A stretch of DNA of 63,993 bases, filler included, from Octopus bimaculoides (GCF_001194135.2; 6 parts of 6 records of this genome joined end to end with filler, not necessarily neighbours in it); one strand, 5' to 3'; shown: positions 1-12,170, counted from the first letter of the whole stretch. Translations and numbers: made by a program. The notes: generated from the sequence alone by a model not told the origin.

Positions 1-34
<34 letters not shown>

Positions 35-2019
35 TATATATGTATATATAAATGGATGAGTGAATTTTCTATTGTTTACAGTTAACACAGAAAATTCAAT
101 AAATAGTTACCAGGATAGCAAAATTCATGCAACTAACAAGGATGTAGCAACCTGTTCAAAGGCAGAAACTCCGGGTTAATGTGCAGTAGTTTGTATAGTA
201 TGAATAAATAAATGGAGTTAAACGCAACACCTGCATTTAACTCCATTTACTTATTTATATATGTATATATGAAATTTTTATGTATGAGTTTGTCAGAAGA
301 GTGAGGTAGATTGCTTACCATCATGATAATAAGAAGAGAAACAGAACCCTTGAAACACATGAAAGGAATTACTATAAGAAGATATTCAAAAGTAGAAAAA
401 AAGCCACCACCTAACCCACTACTAGCAAATTTTGAAAAGGACTTACTTGATCTTATTGCTAATGTAAAATTCAAGGAACACCCACTTAGAAAAAACTGAC
501 ACCTAAGGAAACTAAAAGAATTCATTAAGTCATTTTATAGCAAACCGGGTATTCTAGTTCCAGCGGATAAAACAGGAAACTTATATAGACTTGACTACAC
601 CCCCTATAAGAAACTTATAATGAAAGAACTCAACGCTAAATATAAAGTGAATTCTAAAAGGAATCTATTGGATATTAATTTGAAAATCAAGAAAGTTATG
701 ACTTGGCAGATAGAGCTGAACCACTAACACCAAGTGAACCTAGAATCAATTTGAAGGATCAGAGAAAAAACTTCTAGGATAACCCTACCGTTAGACTTAT
801 TTGCCGAACTAGGTCTGACACTGGTCAGCTTAGTAAATTCATTCTTCACAATATTCCCAACTTAACTTTAAAATATATAATTCCCAACATAACTTTAAAA
901 TTATGGATCGATACTGATGAGGTACTTAACTGGTTTAGATCTATCAATAACATTGATAATTATTCTTTTATCCAATTTGACATAAATAGTTATTATTCAA
1001 GCATATCCCAATACTTATTTTTGCTAAAAATCGCTCTCTCTTTACTAGGGATAAAATTGATATTATTCTGTTAGCTAGAAGAACTATTACTGAATTCAAT
1101 GGCAAACTTTGGACTAGGGCTGATACTCCAGACAACTTTGATATAGCGATGAGGTCGAGCGACTTGGCTGAAATTACAAATCTAGTAGGTGCATACCTCT
1201 TATATAGCCTAAATAAGGAAATCCCGAAGCTGCAGGGCGGTTTATATAGGGAAGATGCCTTATTCATCATCTCTAGTAACAGTAAATCAATCATTGAAAG
1301 AACGAGAAAGAAAATTTGAAAATTTTTTAAAAGCTTTAACTTAAGTATTAGGTATGAATATGGTACTAAGGTAGTAAATTTTTTGGACACTACTTTAAAC
1401 ATAGACTCTAAATTGTACTACCCCTATAGAAAGGAGAACAAGGTTACAAGGTATGTGAATAAATTATCAAATCACCCCCCCCCCCCAAATGTATTAAAAT
1501 CAATAGTAAAAAGCATTTCTGAGAGAATTACTAAGTTATCATCAAATATTGATATTTCCCTTCTTCTCATAAATATGATAGAATCCTTTCATGTAATACA
1601 GTTCGAATCTCATACTCGACCCTCCCTAATATAGGTACAATCATAGCTAGGTTAAATAGAAAGAACATAGAATTAGCCAGAATCGTTGAAAATAAAAATG
1701 GGGGTAATAGTTATAGAAATGTCAATAATAATTTAATCAATGTCAATAATAACATTACCAATAATTACAGAAATGGAAGTGGAAATAATAATGGCAATAG
1801 CAATTATGATGGTAACAGCAATATCCTTTAGTTCGGTCAACTATAACCTAAACCAACATAATGAAAATAGGAATATAGATGTTGGAAGTACAATTGAAAT
1901 AAATAGTAGTAGCACCTCTAATAATAATAATATGAATTATGGTTCTAGTTCATATATGGAAATAGAAAATATTAGTATGCCTGATGCTGCAGGAGTGATT
2001 CTATCTGATAGCACGATTG

Positions 2020-2189
2020 AAGTGGAGGAGTAGTTGTGTGGTAAGTAGCTTGCTTACCAACCACATGGTTCCGGGTTCAGTCCCACTGCGTGGCACCTTG
2101 GGCAAGTGTCTTCTACTATAGTCTCGGGCCGACCAAAACCTTGTGAGTGGATTTGGTAGACGGAAACTGAAAAGAAGCCCATCGTATAT
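2020..2189 (+). mobile_element. tRNA-derived composite SINE (family A), 5' head and core, running into a gap
   Basis: ggttcagtcccactgcgtggcaccttgggcaagtgtcttctac (B-box-like plus CORE-like), then (TA)n; an inverted copy of 2850-3010. Confidence 0.85.
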
Positions 2190-2615
2190 NNNNNNNNNNN
2201 NNNNNNNNNNNNNNNNNNNNNNNNNNNNNNNNNNNNNNNNNNNNNNNNNNNNNNNNNNNNNNNNNNNNNNNNNNNNNNNNNNNNNNNNNNNNNNNNNNNN
2301 NNNNNNNNNNNNNNNNNNNNNNNNNNNNNNNNNNNNNNNNNNNNNNNNNNNNNNNNNNNNNNNNNNNNNNNNNNNNNNNNNNNNNNNNNNNNNNNNNNNN
2401 NNNNNNNNNNNNNNNNNNNNNNNNNNNNNNNNNNNNNNNNNNNNNNNNNNNNNNNNNNNNNNNNNNNNNNNNNNNNNNNNNNNNNNNNNNNNNNNNNNNN
2501 NNNNNNNNNNNNNNNNNNNNNNNNNNNNNNNNNNNNNNNNNNNNNNNNNNNNNNNNNNNNNNNNNNNNNNNNNNNNNNNNNNNNNNNNNNNNNNNNNNNN
2601 NNNNNNNNNNNNNNN

Positions 2616-3010
2616 TATTTGTTTCAGTCATTTGACTGCGGCCATGCTGGAGCACCGCCTTTAGTCGAGCAAATCGACCCAAGGACTTATTCTTTGTAAG
2701 CCTAGTACTTATTCTATTGGTCTCTTTTTGCTGAACCGCTAAGTTACAGGGACGTAAACACACCAGCATCGGTTGTCAAGCGATGTTGGGGGGACAAACA
2801 CAGACACACAAACATATACACAAACACACATATACATATATATATACGACGGGCTTCTTTAAGTTTCCGTCTACCAAATCCACTCACAAGGCTTTGGTCA
2901 CCCGAGGCTATAGTAGAAGGCACTTGCCCAAGGTGCCACGCAGTGGGAATGAACCCAGAACCATGTGGTTGGTAAGCAAGGTACTTACCACACAGCCACT
3001 CCCGCGCCTA
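2616..3010 (-). mobile_element. Near full-length family A SINE (head, core, internal microsatellite, 3' segment)
   Basis: Reverse complement matches the copies at 13160-13560 and 57532-57845. Confidence 0.85.
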
Positions 3011-3768
3011 TAATTGTATTTACGTTGGTTGTTCGATTAATTTGAAACAGCGTATATATAATCACCTGTCATCTTTTAGACTTTAACATAAGGCTAATTG
3101 TACGTTGTTACCAAATAAAATTTGAAAATGAATGGAAAGTGGTATCAGTTTTAGCCTTAAATGGGAAATTATAAGAAAAGCTCAACCTTATAGAAATAGC
3201 AGATAATAATGTGAGCTATGTTCCATGGAAACATATGAAATTTTTAAGCATAAAGTCAATACTAACCTGATTAATAATAGATTAGACCTTAGAGTATTGT
3301 GTGTACACTGTTCTACTTACACTTTTAAATATTTTAGAAAGTAGCAAAATTATATAGTGTGGTATTTTAATATTTACCATGTTTATCTTAGTCTACAACT
3401 AGTGCATAAGTGAGTACACCCTTTAGCATTAACTTTCCTGTGGTTAATATTGGACTATAGTCATTATAAATATGAGCTATAGCATTAACTTTCCTTTAGT
3501 CTAGATTGGATTGTAGTTACCATAGTAAATTAAGTAAATTTTTTAAACATTTTTAGTTTTAGATATTTGATATATTAAATATTTTCTATAATTCTTATTT
3601 ATTGTGATTACTAAATCACATATTAACTTCATCTTGATTTTAGAGATTTGACTAATTTATATCCTTTTTCTTTCCATGATGTGTTTTTCTACCCTACATG
3701 ACTATTTTATACCTCATAATTACCTCCAGACATACCTATTTTTTGGTACCCCTATAAATCTATCCTTA

Positions 3769-5664
3769 TCTATAATATAAATTGAAGTTGGCCGACCATA
3801 ATATTCTTTCTTGTCTTGAGGTTCACGGCCAAACAGCTGGGTGGATTCATGTGAAAAATGGCACAAATGTGGAGACAGGTGCATAGATTGGAACGCGCTT
3901 TCTATCTTTTTCCTAGCCCCCATACTTACAGAGAAAACCTGCATGTGTGTATGTGAGTGTGTGTCGCTGAAGCCATTCATACATATATACATATATAATA
4001 AATAAACAAACTGAATGATAAATTTCAGTTATCTCTCTCTCTCTTTCTTTCTTTCTCTCTCTCTTTCTTTCTCTCTCTCTCTCATATACACATACACCAT
4101 CAACATTACTCTCTCTGTCGCGCACACCCCATCAAACATACAATCACACAGACATACGCACGCACATCAATTCTCCCCTCTCACCACAACTTCAAACGAA
4201 GTTCAGTCATAAAACTGTCCATGTCTCTTAATTCGACGTCCACTTCAAAAGATTGCCTTTCCTTTTCACTTGTCCGACCATTGATCGAGAGATAAAACAC
4301 AAACCAACTCCTGCCAAATGCAAAAATCCCACCAAAAATACACACACAAATGGACATTTCATGTCTTTCAGTTTCTCTATGATTATACACGCGTCGAAAA
4401 CAATAGCTCTTACATACATTATAAATCTCCAACAGGTATGTATCAATTTCTATACGCAGAATTCTCGCATTAATACAGTAGGGTGTTTTGAGCGAGATTT
4501 GCCTGCTATTTCTACCAGGTCTACCTACCATGTAGAGGTCTGAATTTATTTTTCATTCACAGATTTGCATTTCAAACATTTAACATAATCTTTTCCATAA
4601 ATCAACTATCGTAAAAATTTTCTACCATGACCTCACATGCAATTACCCTTTCTTCTGCCATTAACACCAGTTGCTCACACACCTTACAGTTTCTCATTCA
4701 AACTACATAATATGCAGAATTGTAGCATTAATACAGTACGGGTGTTTTGAGGGAGATTTGTCTACTATTTCTACCAGGTCTACCTACCATGTAGAGGTCT
4801 GAACTTCTTTTCCATTTACAGATTTGCATTTCAAACATTTAACATATTCTCTTCCATACATCAACTATCGTAAAAATTTTCTACCTTGACCTTACATTTT
4901 CTATGTATGTGTGTGTACCTTAAAATACGTGATTACACAGGTCCAATAAAATACTTCTCAGAAACAGAAATTCTTTTTTCAAAACTCCTGAAGCTGTTTC
5001 CTGTGAAGATATTTTGGAAACACTTCTGCCCTCTCCCCACCACTTTTTCTCCCACATTTCTCTATTTCTAAAATTTCTTTTGCCAAAAATCCCCATTTTC
5101 GGATACGAATGACTTATTCCATAATTTTCCACTTAACTTTTATCTTCACTTTCTTTAACTTGGATACATCTGCTATTAAGTTGCAGAACTTTGGCAGTAC
5201 AGTTACAATTCATTTCTGCTTTACTTCTTACATACAATTTCTCCGTAAATTCTTCCCATTTGGCTGCTATTTCTACAAGGTCTACCTACCATGTAGAGGT
5301 CTGAAGTTAATTTTCATTCACAGATTTGCATTTCAAACATTTAACAATCTTTTCCATAAATAAACTATCATAAACATTTTCTACCATTACATCACATTTT
5401 CTATGTATGTGTGTCTCCCTTAAAAGACATGATTAGACAGAGGTCCAATAGAATAGTTCTCTGAAACAGACTACCTACAAATTCTTTCTTCACAACAGCG
5501 TATAACAATTACTTATTCCAAAATCTTCATGCAGCTGGAGGCTCCAATTGAAACGGGACACGAAATGATCAAGTTGAGAAATGCTGTCATAGATTATGCC
5601 TAACCGAAAACAGTCACAGCCACATCATCCAAACAGACCGGGTGAAACCGGGTTTTGCTGCTAG
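3769..5664 (+). mobile_element. Non-autonomous Helitron
   Basis: A|TC start (TCTATAATATAA) at 3769; subterminal hairpin ACCGGGTGAAACCGGGT (5637-5653); CTAG|T end at 5664; no TSD; the joined flanks match an uninterrupted paralogous sequence at 5909-5949. Confidence 0.85.
4455..5470 (+). repeat. Three imperfect ~170-250 bp internal repeats inside the Helitron
   Basis: ggtctacctaccatgtagaggtctgaa...cagatttgcatttcaaacatttaaca occurs near 4515, 4775 and 5278. Confidence 0.9.
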
Positions 5665-7049
5665 TAATATATAAATATGGGTATCTTCACTTCATCCTTA
5701 GAAATACAAGCTATAGCATTAACTTTCCTTTAGTCTAGATTGAATTGTAGTTAATATAGAGATAAGCTAATCAAGTAAATTTGAATATTTTTAGTTTTAG
5801 ATATTGGATATATTAAATATTTTCTATAATTCTTATTTATTGTGACTACTAAATCACATATTAACTTCATCTTGATTTTAGTGATTTGACTAATTTATAT
5901 CCTTTTTTTATCCTTATAATATACAAATACGGGTATCTTCACTTCATCCCTAGCTTAAAATACAATTACTGGCACCTATAAAATTTATAAATTTATGCTG
6001 CTTAAATTAAAATTTAACTTTTATAGCAAATTTTTGATCTCTCACCTTAATGTATAATCTTCCTGTGAAAACTAAAATTTTAACTTTATCCATTGATGGT
6101 ATATGGTTTTACTAAAATTTTTCCTTATCACATTTTCTATTGCTGTTAGTTCATTGTGTATTTTACTTAACTTTAATGAATAGGTTTGAAATTTTTTAAT
6201 GGTTTTTTTTTAACTCTTTTAAAATTTTAAGTTTTATTTGATGACTGACCCTAAATGATTCATGTTATTTTATTGTTGTTGTAGTATTATTATCGTTATT
6301 AATGGTGACTTAAATGAATCTAATCCTTGTTCCATTATTATTCTGTACTTAGCCTGTTAGTTAATACAGGTTTCTGATAATTTAAGATAGTGCAATCTAA
6401 TTAAATTAGAACATAATTACCATGTTCTCTAATAATAGTTTAGTTTACCATTATATACTATGTTAATTCCAATCGTTCAATTTATCAGTTTCTTAAACCT
6501 TGATGATCCCATCATTATATACCATGTAAACCCAATGTATCAATTCTTTATATTAACTGTATAATAAATTTGTTTTTTATGTGTCCTTTTAATGATATTA
6601 GATATACAAGTTTAATTCTAAAATTTTAGTCCCATATAAATATAAATTTTAATTTCATATTTTATCTATGGGTCTTTTATATTGGTGTAAATAAGCCTAA
6701 ATGTACTTTACCATAGCATTTTAAATTAATGCCACTTCATTGTTTTTGTATACAGCCTTAATTGATTATTTACATTATTATACACTATTTCATTTTATTT
6801 CGTTATTTAATTTATAATTAGCCTTTATTTATTCACATATTAATTAAGCCAATATTGGTATATATCTCAAATATTTCAAACTTAGAATATGTAAAACAAT
6901 ACTGATATATTATTCTTATTAATGAAAACTATGAATAACCATTTACTGTATCTGTATACAATATAGCAACTTTATTTTTATATACGTTTGACCTAAGTGC
7001 TATATGATAAGACTTTCCCTGTTTCATTATAAACTGGTCTGCTAGTAGT

Positions 7050-7655
7050 TTGTTACCAAACCCTAAGAAATTTTATAACAATGTCATCCATGTTTACTGT
7101 CTATACTGTTTACCCCTTATATGTCTTGCAAACAACTCACACATGCAAGTGCTACCAATCGAGAACTCTGCATGCCGGAAACCAGCAAGTGTATGGGGTC
7201 ATCAGGAGAGAATGTGTGCCATTTCAGGGCCTGCCTCTCGACGGCATCAATGCACACCAGCCCTCCCTCACTGATATGAGGCCCCGCTTGCTAGATCAAC
7301 TGGTTATTAAATAAAGCTCAATATTTCTCTAGCCATCGCTCATCGTCTCTTTCTAACCAAATCCAGTGGCTCGCCTTCTCCACTGTAGTTTGGATATCAC
7401 TCATGGTGGTATTTACCTTACGATGAGTTAGGCCTAACGATAACAGTAGTCATCTCACACTGTGTCCTACAAACCATCTACATCCAAATTCGATTGGAAA
7501 ATACTCCGCTTTCCAGCCTGCGTCTTCACATTTCTTGAAGAGGTTTACATAACGGTCAATCTTTCGAGCCCGCACTGCGTCCATGTTATAAAAAGAAAAT
7601 GCCAGTGTTCTCTTAAGCCTTGAGTCTCTAGGTCTGATAAGATAGACCATAAATC
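7050..7655 (-). mobile_element. 3' fragment of a non-LTR retrotransposon with a restriction-like endonuclease (HERO-like), plus 3' UTR
   Basis: RP(D)...ARKIDRYVNLFKKCEDAGWKAEYFPIEFGCRWFVGHS followed by KASHWIWLERD, resembling the RLE C-terminus of HERO/NeSL-type elements. Confidence 0.75.
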
Positions 7656-7731
7656 AGAATCAAAGCAAAAAAAAAAAAAAAAAAAAANNNNNNNNNNNNN
7701 NNNNNNNNNNNNNNNNNNNNNNNNNNNNNNN

Positions 7732-7743
7732 TTAATTAATTAA
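7732..7743. other. Assembly linker TTAATTAATTAA inside an N gap (also 20823-20834, 39020-39031, 51148-51159, 62915-62926)
   Basis: An identical 12-mer with stops in all frames, embedded in N runs five times. Confidence 0.95.
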
Positions 7744-7980
7744 NNNNNNNNNNNNNNNNNNNNNNNNNNNNNNNNNNNNNNNNNNNNATAAAATGTGAGG
7801 ATTGTGGGCGGGAGACAAAGGTTTCGTAGGAAAAGTTCAATATTGGTATATTGTTAAACGCAAATATTGTCATTTGGGGGGGGGGGTTCTGCACTGTTTT
7901 TATACCCTTTTTATGACATATGACTGAACAAGCTCTTTGTGTTTTCACACATAATTGTGAGTGTGTGTGTGTGTGAGTGT

Positions 7981-8018
<38 letters not shown>

Positions 8019-8189
8019 ACGCACGTGGATGTGTGTGTTTGGTTGTACGAATGTATTTATGTGTGTATGTATGTACATATGTACGCAAGCATGTATGTAT
8101 GTATGTATGTATGTATGTATATTTGTGTGTGTGTGCGTGTGTATATATATAGATACACACACATATATATTCGCATAATGCGCAATGTG

Positions 8190-8230
<41 letters not shown>

Positions 8231-8273
8231 GTACGCATTATATACATTATATACTCCTGTATATACATAACGC

Positions 8274-8343
<70 letters not shown>

Positions 8344-8507
8344 GTGGGGGGAATGTTTGTTATCATTCTATGTTTTCGTCTGTACATATTCCAGAAATAA
8401 GAACGATTTGCATAGACCCTTCACAAGGCTATCACGCTAAATCCTTAAATTGGTCAACATTCAAGGCTATTATTATTATTATTATTGTCATTGACATTGT
8501 TATTGTT

Positions 8508-8540
<33 letters not shown>

Positions 8541-8874
8541 GCTATTGTATCATTTGTTTGCTGTATTGTCTTTATCATTCCTTCATTTTAAGATTCTCGA
8601 ATGTGGAAGCCTCTAAGTAGCTTCTAATCTAATCTAGTCCTGGACTATATAAATCTATCAGAGTTTGTATTTTGTTTGTTTTTCGTTTATTCTTATTATC
8701 AACATCATCCTTATCATCATCATCATCATTGTTGTTGTTGTTAGTCTTTTCTAATTATAAGAGCTTAACTGATTATGCGGAAATTCAGCTAAAATAATCA
8801 TTATGAAACTGAATTATAACAATTAAACACCTCCCCACAAAAGAATAACTGGTCTATGCCTAAATTTGAAATTA

Positions 8875-9013
<139 letters not shown>

Positions 9014-9014
9014 C

Positions 9015-9253
9015 TAAGGCGGTGAGCTGGCAGAATCGTTAGCACGCCGGGCAAAATGCTTAACAACATTTCGTCCGTCTTTGCGGTCTGAGTTCAAATT
9101 CCACTGAGGTCGACTTCGCCTTTCATCCTTTAGGGGTCGATGAAATAAGTACCAGTTGAGCACTGGAGTCGATGTAACCGACTATTCCTCCCCTCCAAAA
9201 TTTCAGGCTTTGCGCCTATGGTAGAGAGGATCATTATTATTATTATTATTATT
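9015..9253 (+). mobile_element. SINE family B (aaggcggtgagctggcagaatcgttagc... head, (ATT)n tail)
   Basis: B-box-like gagttcaaattcc; sits within (ATT)n; many paralogues in the window. Confidence 0.88.
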
Positions 9254-9601
9254 TGGACTACCATTTGCTACTGTCCTTAACACGTAGGGGCATATTATTG
9301 TGTATGTCTAACTCCCCTATGTGTCTATCTTTAAATTCGATCGGAGTCTGGTAAAATTAAAGGACTAAGACTGGTATGTGAGCGTTTCTCCATCTCTGCT
9401 AACTTTACTTTTTTATAATGTTTGTTTTAATATTTAAGCCAAAACATGAAGTCATTTTGGGTGTTAAAACCGTTTCCTAGTAAACGAAATCTTCAATTGT
9501 GCTTAACTTTAATTTCACACATCCTGTAATTTCTCAAATTGTAAGTCCCTAACCTTCAAAAAACTACATGCACTTGTAATATGGGGGGGGCGGTATGTAT
9601 G

Positions 9602-9640
<39 letters not shown>

Positions 9641-9685
9641 GTGTGTGTGTGTGTAGAAAGAGAGAGAGTCGTAGGTGTGGCTATA

Positions 9686-9732
<47 letters not shown>

Positions 9733-9797
9733 GTATGTATATGTATATATAATATATATATGTTTGTATATATATATATATATATTATATGTATGTG

Positions 9798-9828
<31 letters not shown>

Positions 9829-9849
9829 GTGCGTGTGTGTGTTGTATTT

Positions 9850-10094
9850 CTTTGTGTCTGTGTTTGTTCCCCCACCTCTTTTCTCAGTGCATTTCAACTT
9901 CTATTTTCCCTATATATAGTGTTGGTGTGTTTACATCACTATAACCTAGCAGTTCGGCAATAAGAAATCGATAGAATAAATAACCAGGCTTTAAAAAATG
10001 TACTGGGGTCGATTCATTCGACTAAAAATTCTTCAAGGCGGTGCCCCAGCATGGCCGCAGCCTAATTTTCTGAAACAAGTAAAAGATAAAAGAT

Positions 10095-10095
<1 letters not shown>
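9850..10095 (+). mobile_element. Family A SINE, 3' segment
   Basis: ggcggtgccccagcatggccgcag...ctgaaacaagtaaaaga, shared with the other copies. Confidence 0.8.
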
Positions 10096-10125
<30 letters not shown>

Positions 10126-10399
10126 CGCGCGCATACAATGTATATNNNNNNNNNNGTGTGTGTGTGTGTGTGCGCGCGCGCGCGCATACAATGTATATAA
10201 TCATAATTTTACATCAATTGTTTTTCCAGTTTGCAAGCCTGGGACAGCTGAGATTCAACGAAAGTCCACAACTTCATTTCAAATCTCCGTCTTCGTTTGT
10301 AATACAAGAGGCATGAAAGGCACACATCACATATTTTGTTTGCTTCCCTTCTTTCAAGCCTAGACTAACACCACTCTATTAACAGGGTGTTTTCTAAAA

Positions 10400-10585
10400 T
10401 ATAAATCTTTACGGCTGCTAAATAGGACAATTAAACAAGTTTTAGTTACAATAACCAGCACGGTACCAAACTCAAATTACAATACAACAAACAACACCAG
10501 AATCTGCGTGGAGACTCACATACTTAACAACCCTTTCTCCGAATAGGCAGCACCCAATCCAACTGACCACTGTGACTCTCCATCT
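10400..10585 (+). promoter_or_regulatory. Candidate TATA box and non-coding first exon of the Reeler gene
   Basis: Coding exon 1 starts with an acceptor, so an upstream exon should exist. TATAAAT at 10400-10406, initiator-like TTAGTT near 10442 and donor CT|GTAAGT at 10586 lie in unique sequence. Confidence 0.4.
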
Positions 10586-11133
10586 GTAAGTATCTTACCT
10601 TATTTTCTTTTGGTATTTGTTTTTTGTTTGTTTTTAATTTTTCTTCCTTTTTGTTATTGTTATTGATGGTGGTGGTGGTGGGGGTGGGGTGGTTTTGGCG
10701 GTTTTAATCTCAGTTCGGACCGAACAAACTTATATTAAAGCGTTCCTACCACGACCGTTCCATATTTATTTTCAAACAGTCCAACCTATTTTACAGTATT
10801 TTATAATAACTTGCTCATTTTTTTACGATGTTAATATGAGTTTTTGAGGACAATTTGGCGCTTAATTCTAGCATGTTACAGGAAGCAGCCACGTGTTTTA
10901 TTTGTCGGCGGACATGTTTGTTTTAATGAGTTGCCATAGGATAATAGAAAAGACAATCGAATTCACGGTCTCAGTTTCGATCCCTATTTTATCCCTTATT
11001 CTATTTCTCTTCCCTTATAACCACTACCATCTTTAGAAACGAACCAGCCAGGGAACCTCTGCATTGTGACTCGAAGTGCGAGTAATAGTAGCCAAACCAC
11101 CTTCATATTACAACCTAATATCTTAAATAATGA

Positions 11134-11213
11134 TAAGGCGGTGAGCTGGCAGAATCGTTAGCACGCCAGTTAAAATGCTTAGCAGCATTTCGTCTGTTTT
11201 TACGTTCTGAGTT
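11134..11213 (+). mobile_element. Family B SINE, 5' fragment (Reeler intron 1)
   Basis: taaggcggtgagctggcagaatcgttagcacgcc...ttctgagtt. Confidence 0.8.
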
Positions 11214-11899
11214 TGACAGCATTTCATCTGGAAGAAGCATAGAGAAGGAACGACGCAAAAATACATTCCTAATATTTTTTGCTAAATTCTCAGATTCGAT
11301 TGGACAAAAACGACTCACTATGCTTATTAACTCCGAATCATCTTCAAACTTTAACCATATTTCAGATTGCATCAGCTACAATACTGCGGCATGAAAAGAG
11401 ATTTTTTTAGTCGTTTGCAATAATTTGTGTTCCTGAATTATTCTAGGACATGACTTTCTTAAAAAGCACGATTTTGTTACATTTAAACTCGGAGGAGTTC
11501 AGCTTGTTTCTAAGCTGGTGACTTCTCCTATATTTTCCACCTATTCACATTTATTCGAAGCCAACTGCGTGTAATTAACGCTGCCTTTTTCCACGTGATG
11601 AAATTTTATTAAAGAAAAAAACCAAATAGCCTCTTCATAATAGCATTATTGATCCCTCAGTTTCTCTGTGTCGAGCATAAATGATAGTAACAAAAAATAA
11701 TGGTAAACAACGTTTTCTTTTCGACTATGTACAAATACGAAATTACAACTGCATTCTAGCTACATAACCACTTTCTAATAAATAAGAACTTGTGTACGTT
11801 CTACTTCCTACGGTAAATTCTGCATCAAACTACATTTGAAAGCAGCATACCATTAAATTCTGTCATCACCACTACAACTACCACCACGCCACACACTGG

Positions 11900-12170
11900 G
11901 AGCTATACATTGCATTTCAACTACTGGTGGCTTATTCTAGTTTACAGCATTACTCTTTGGTGTGACTAATGCCGTAACTGCTTCTCAAAGAGCGAATGAT
12001 GATATAATTACCGACAATAATATCAAAGGAGTTCACGCCTATCCCGACATTATTGTCGATGGCAGAACTATCGAGGAACACGTTGGGAATTAAGCTCAAT
12101 TTACTTCAGTTACTAGAAAGACTCGAAAAGATATTGAGCATTGACAAATGCCTTCGCCAAAAGTCTATTT
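11900..12170 (+). mobile_element. Degraded Ty3/Gypsy LTR-retrotransposon RT fragment
   Basis: Hand translation with frameshifts gives IAF.TTGGLF*FTALLFGVTNAVTASQRANDDII..NIKGVHAY-(P)DIIVDGRTIEEH...KC, matching the Gypsy RT pattern PFGxxNA...YLDDIIV...EEH. Confidence 0.75.

Larger units (their letters stand above)
290..3330 (+). mobile_element. Degenerate Penelope-like retroelement (RT followed by C-terminal GIY-YIG endonuclease), interrupted by SINEs
   Basis: Frameshifted peptides ILVPADKTGNLY (~555), FIQFDINSYYSSIS (~965), FDIAMRSSDLAEITNLVG and GLYREDAL (~1135-1265), NFLDTTLN...YPYRK...YVNKLSNHPP, then NTVRISYS. After the SINEs: YVGCSINLKQRIYNH...KWEII..AQPY...CELC..E...C-x-H (3017-3330). 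Many stops. Confidence 0.88.
3470..5950 (+). repeat. ~200-bp AT-rich direct duplication flanking the Helitron (about 3470-3668 and 5708-5908)
   Basis: gctatagcattaactttcctttagtctagattg...gatttgactaatttatatccttttt is present twice. Confidence 0.9.

Noticed and set aside
7050-7320. CTGATGA and a nearby GAAA in the 3' UTR of the HERO-like fragment as a hammerhead
   Set aside because: Only about 16 nt separate the motifs and stem II cannot pair.
7732-7743. Palindromic TTAATTAATTAA repeated five times in the window
   Set aside because: It always sits inside N runs; it is a scaffolding linker, not biology.
10095-10200. Tandem copy of gtgtgcgcgcgcgcgcatacaatgtatat around a 10-N gap
   Set aside because: Probably an unmerged contig overlap.
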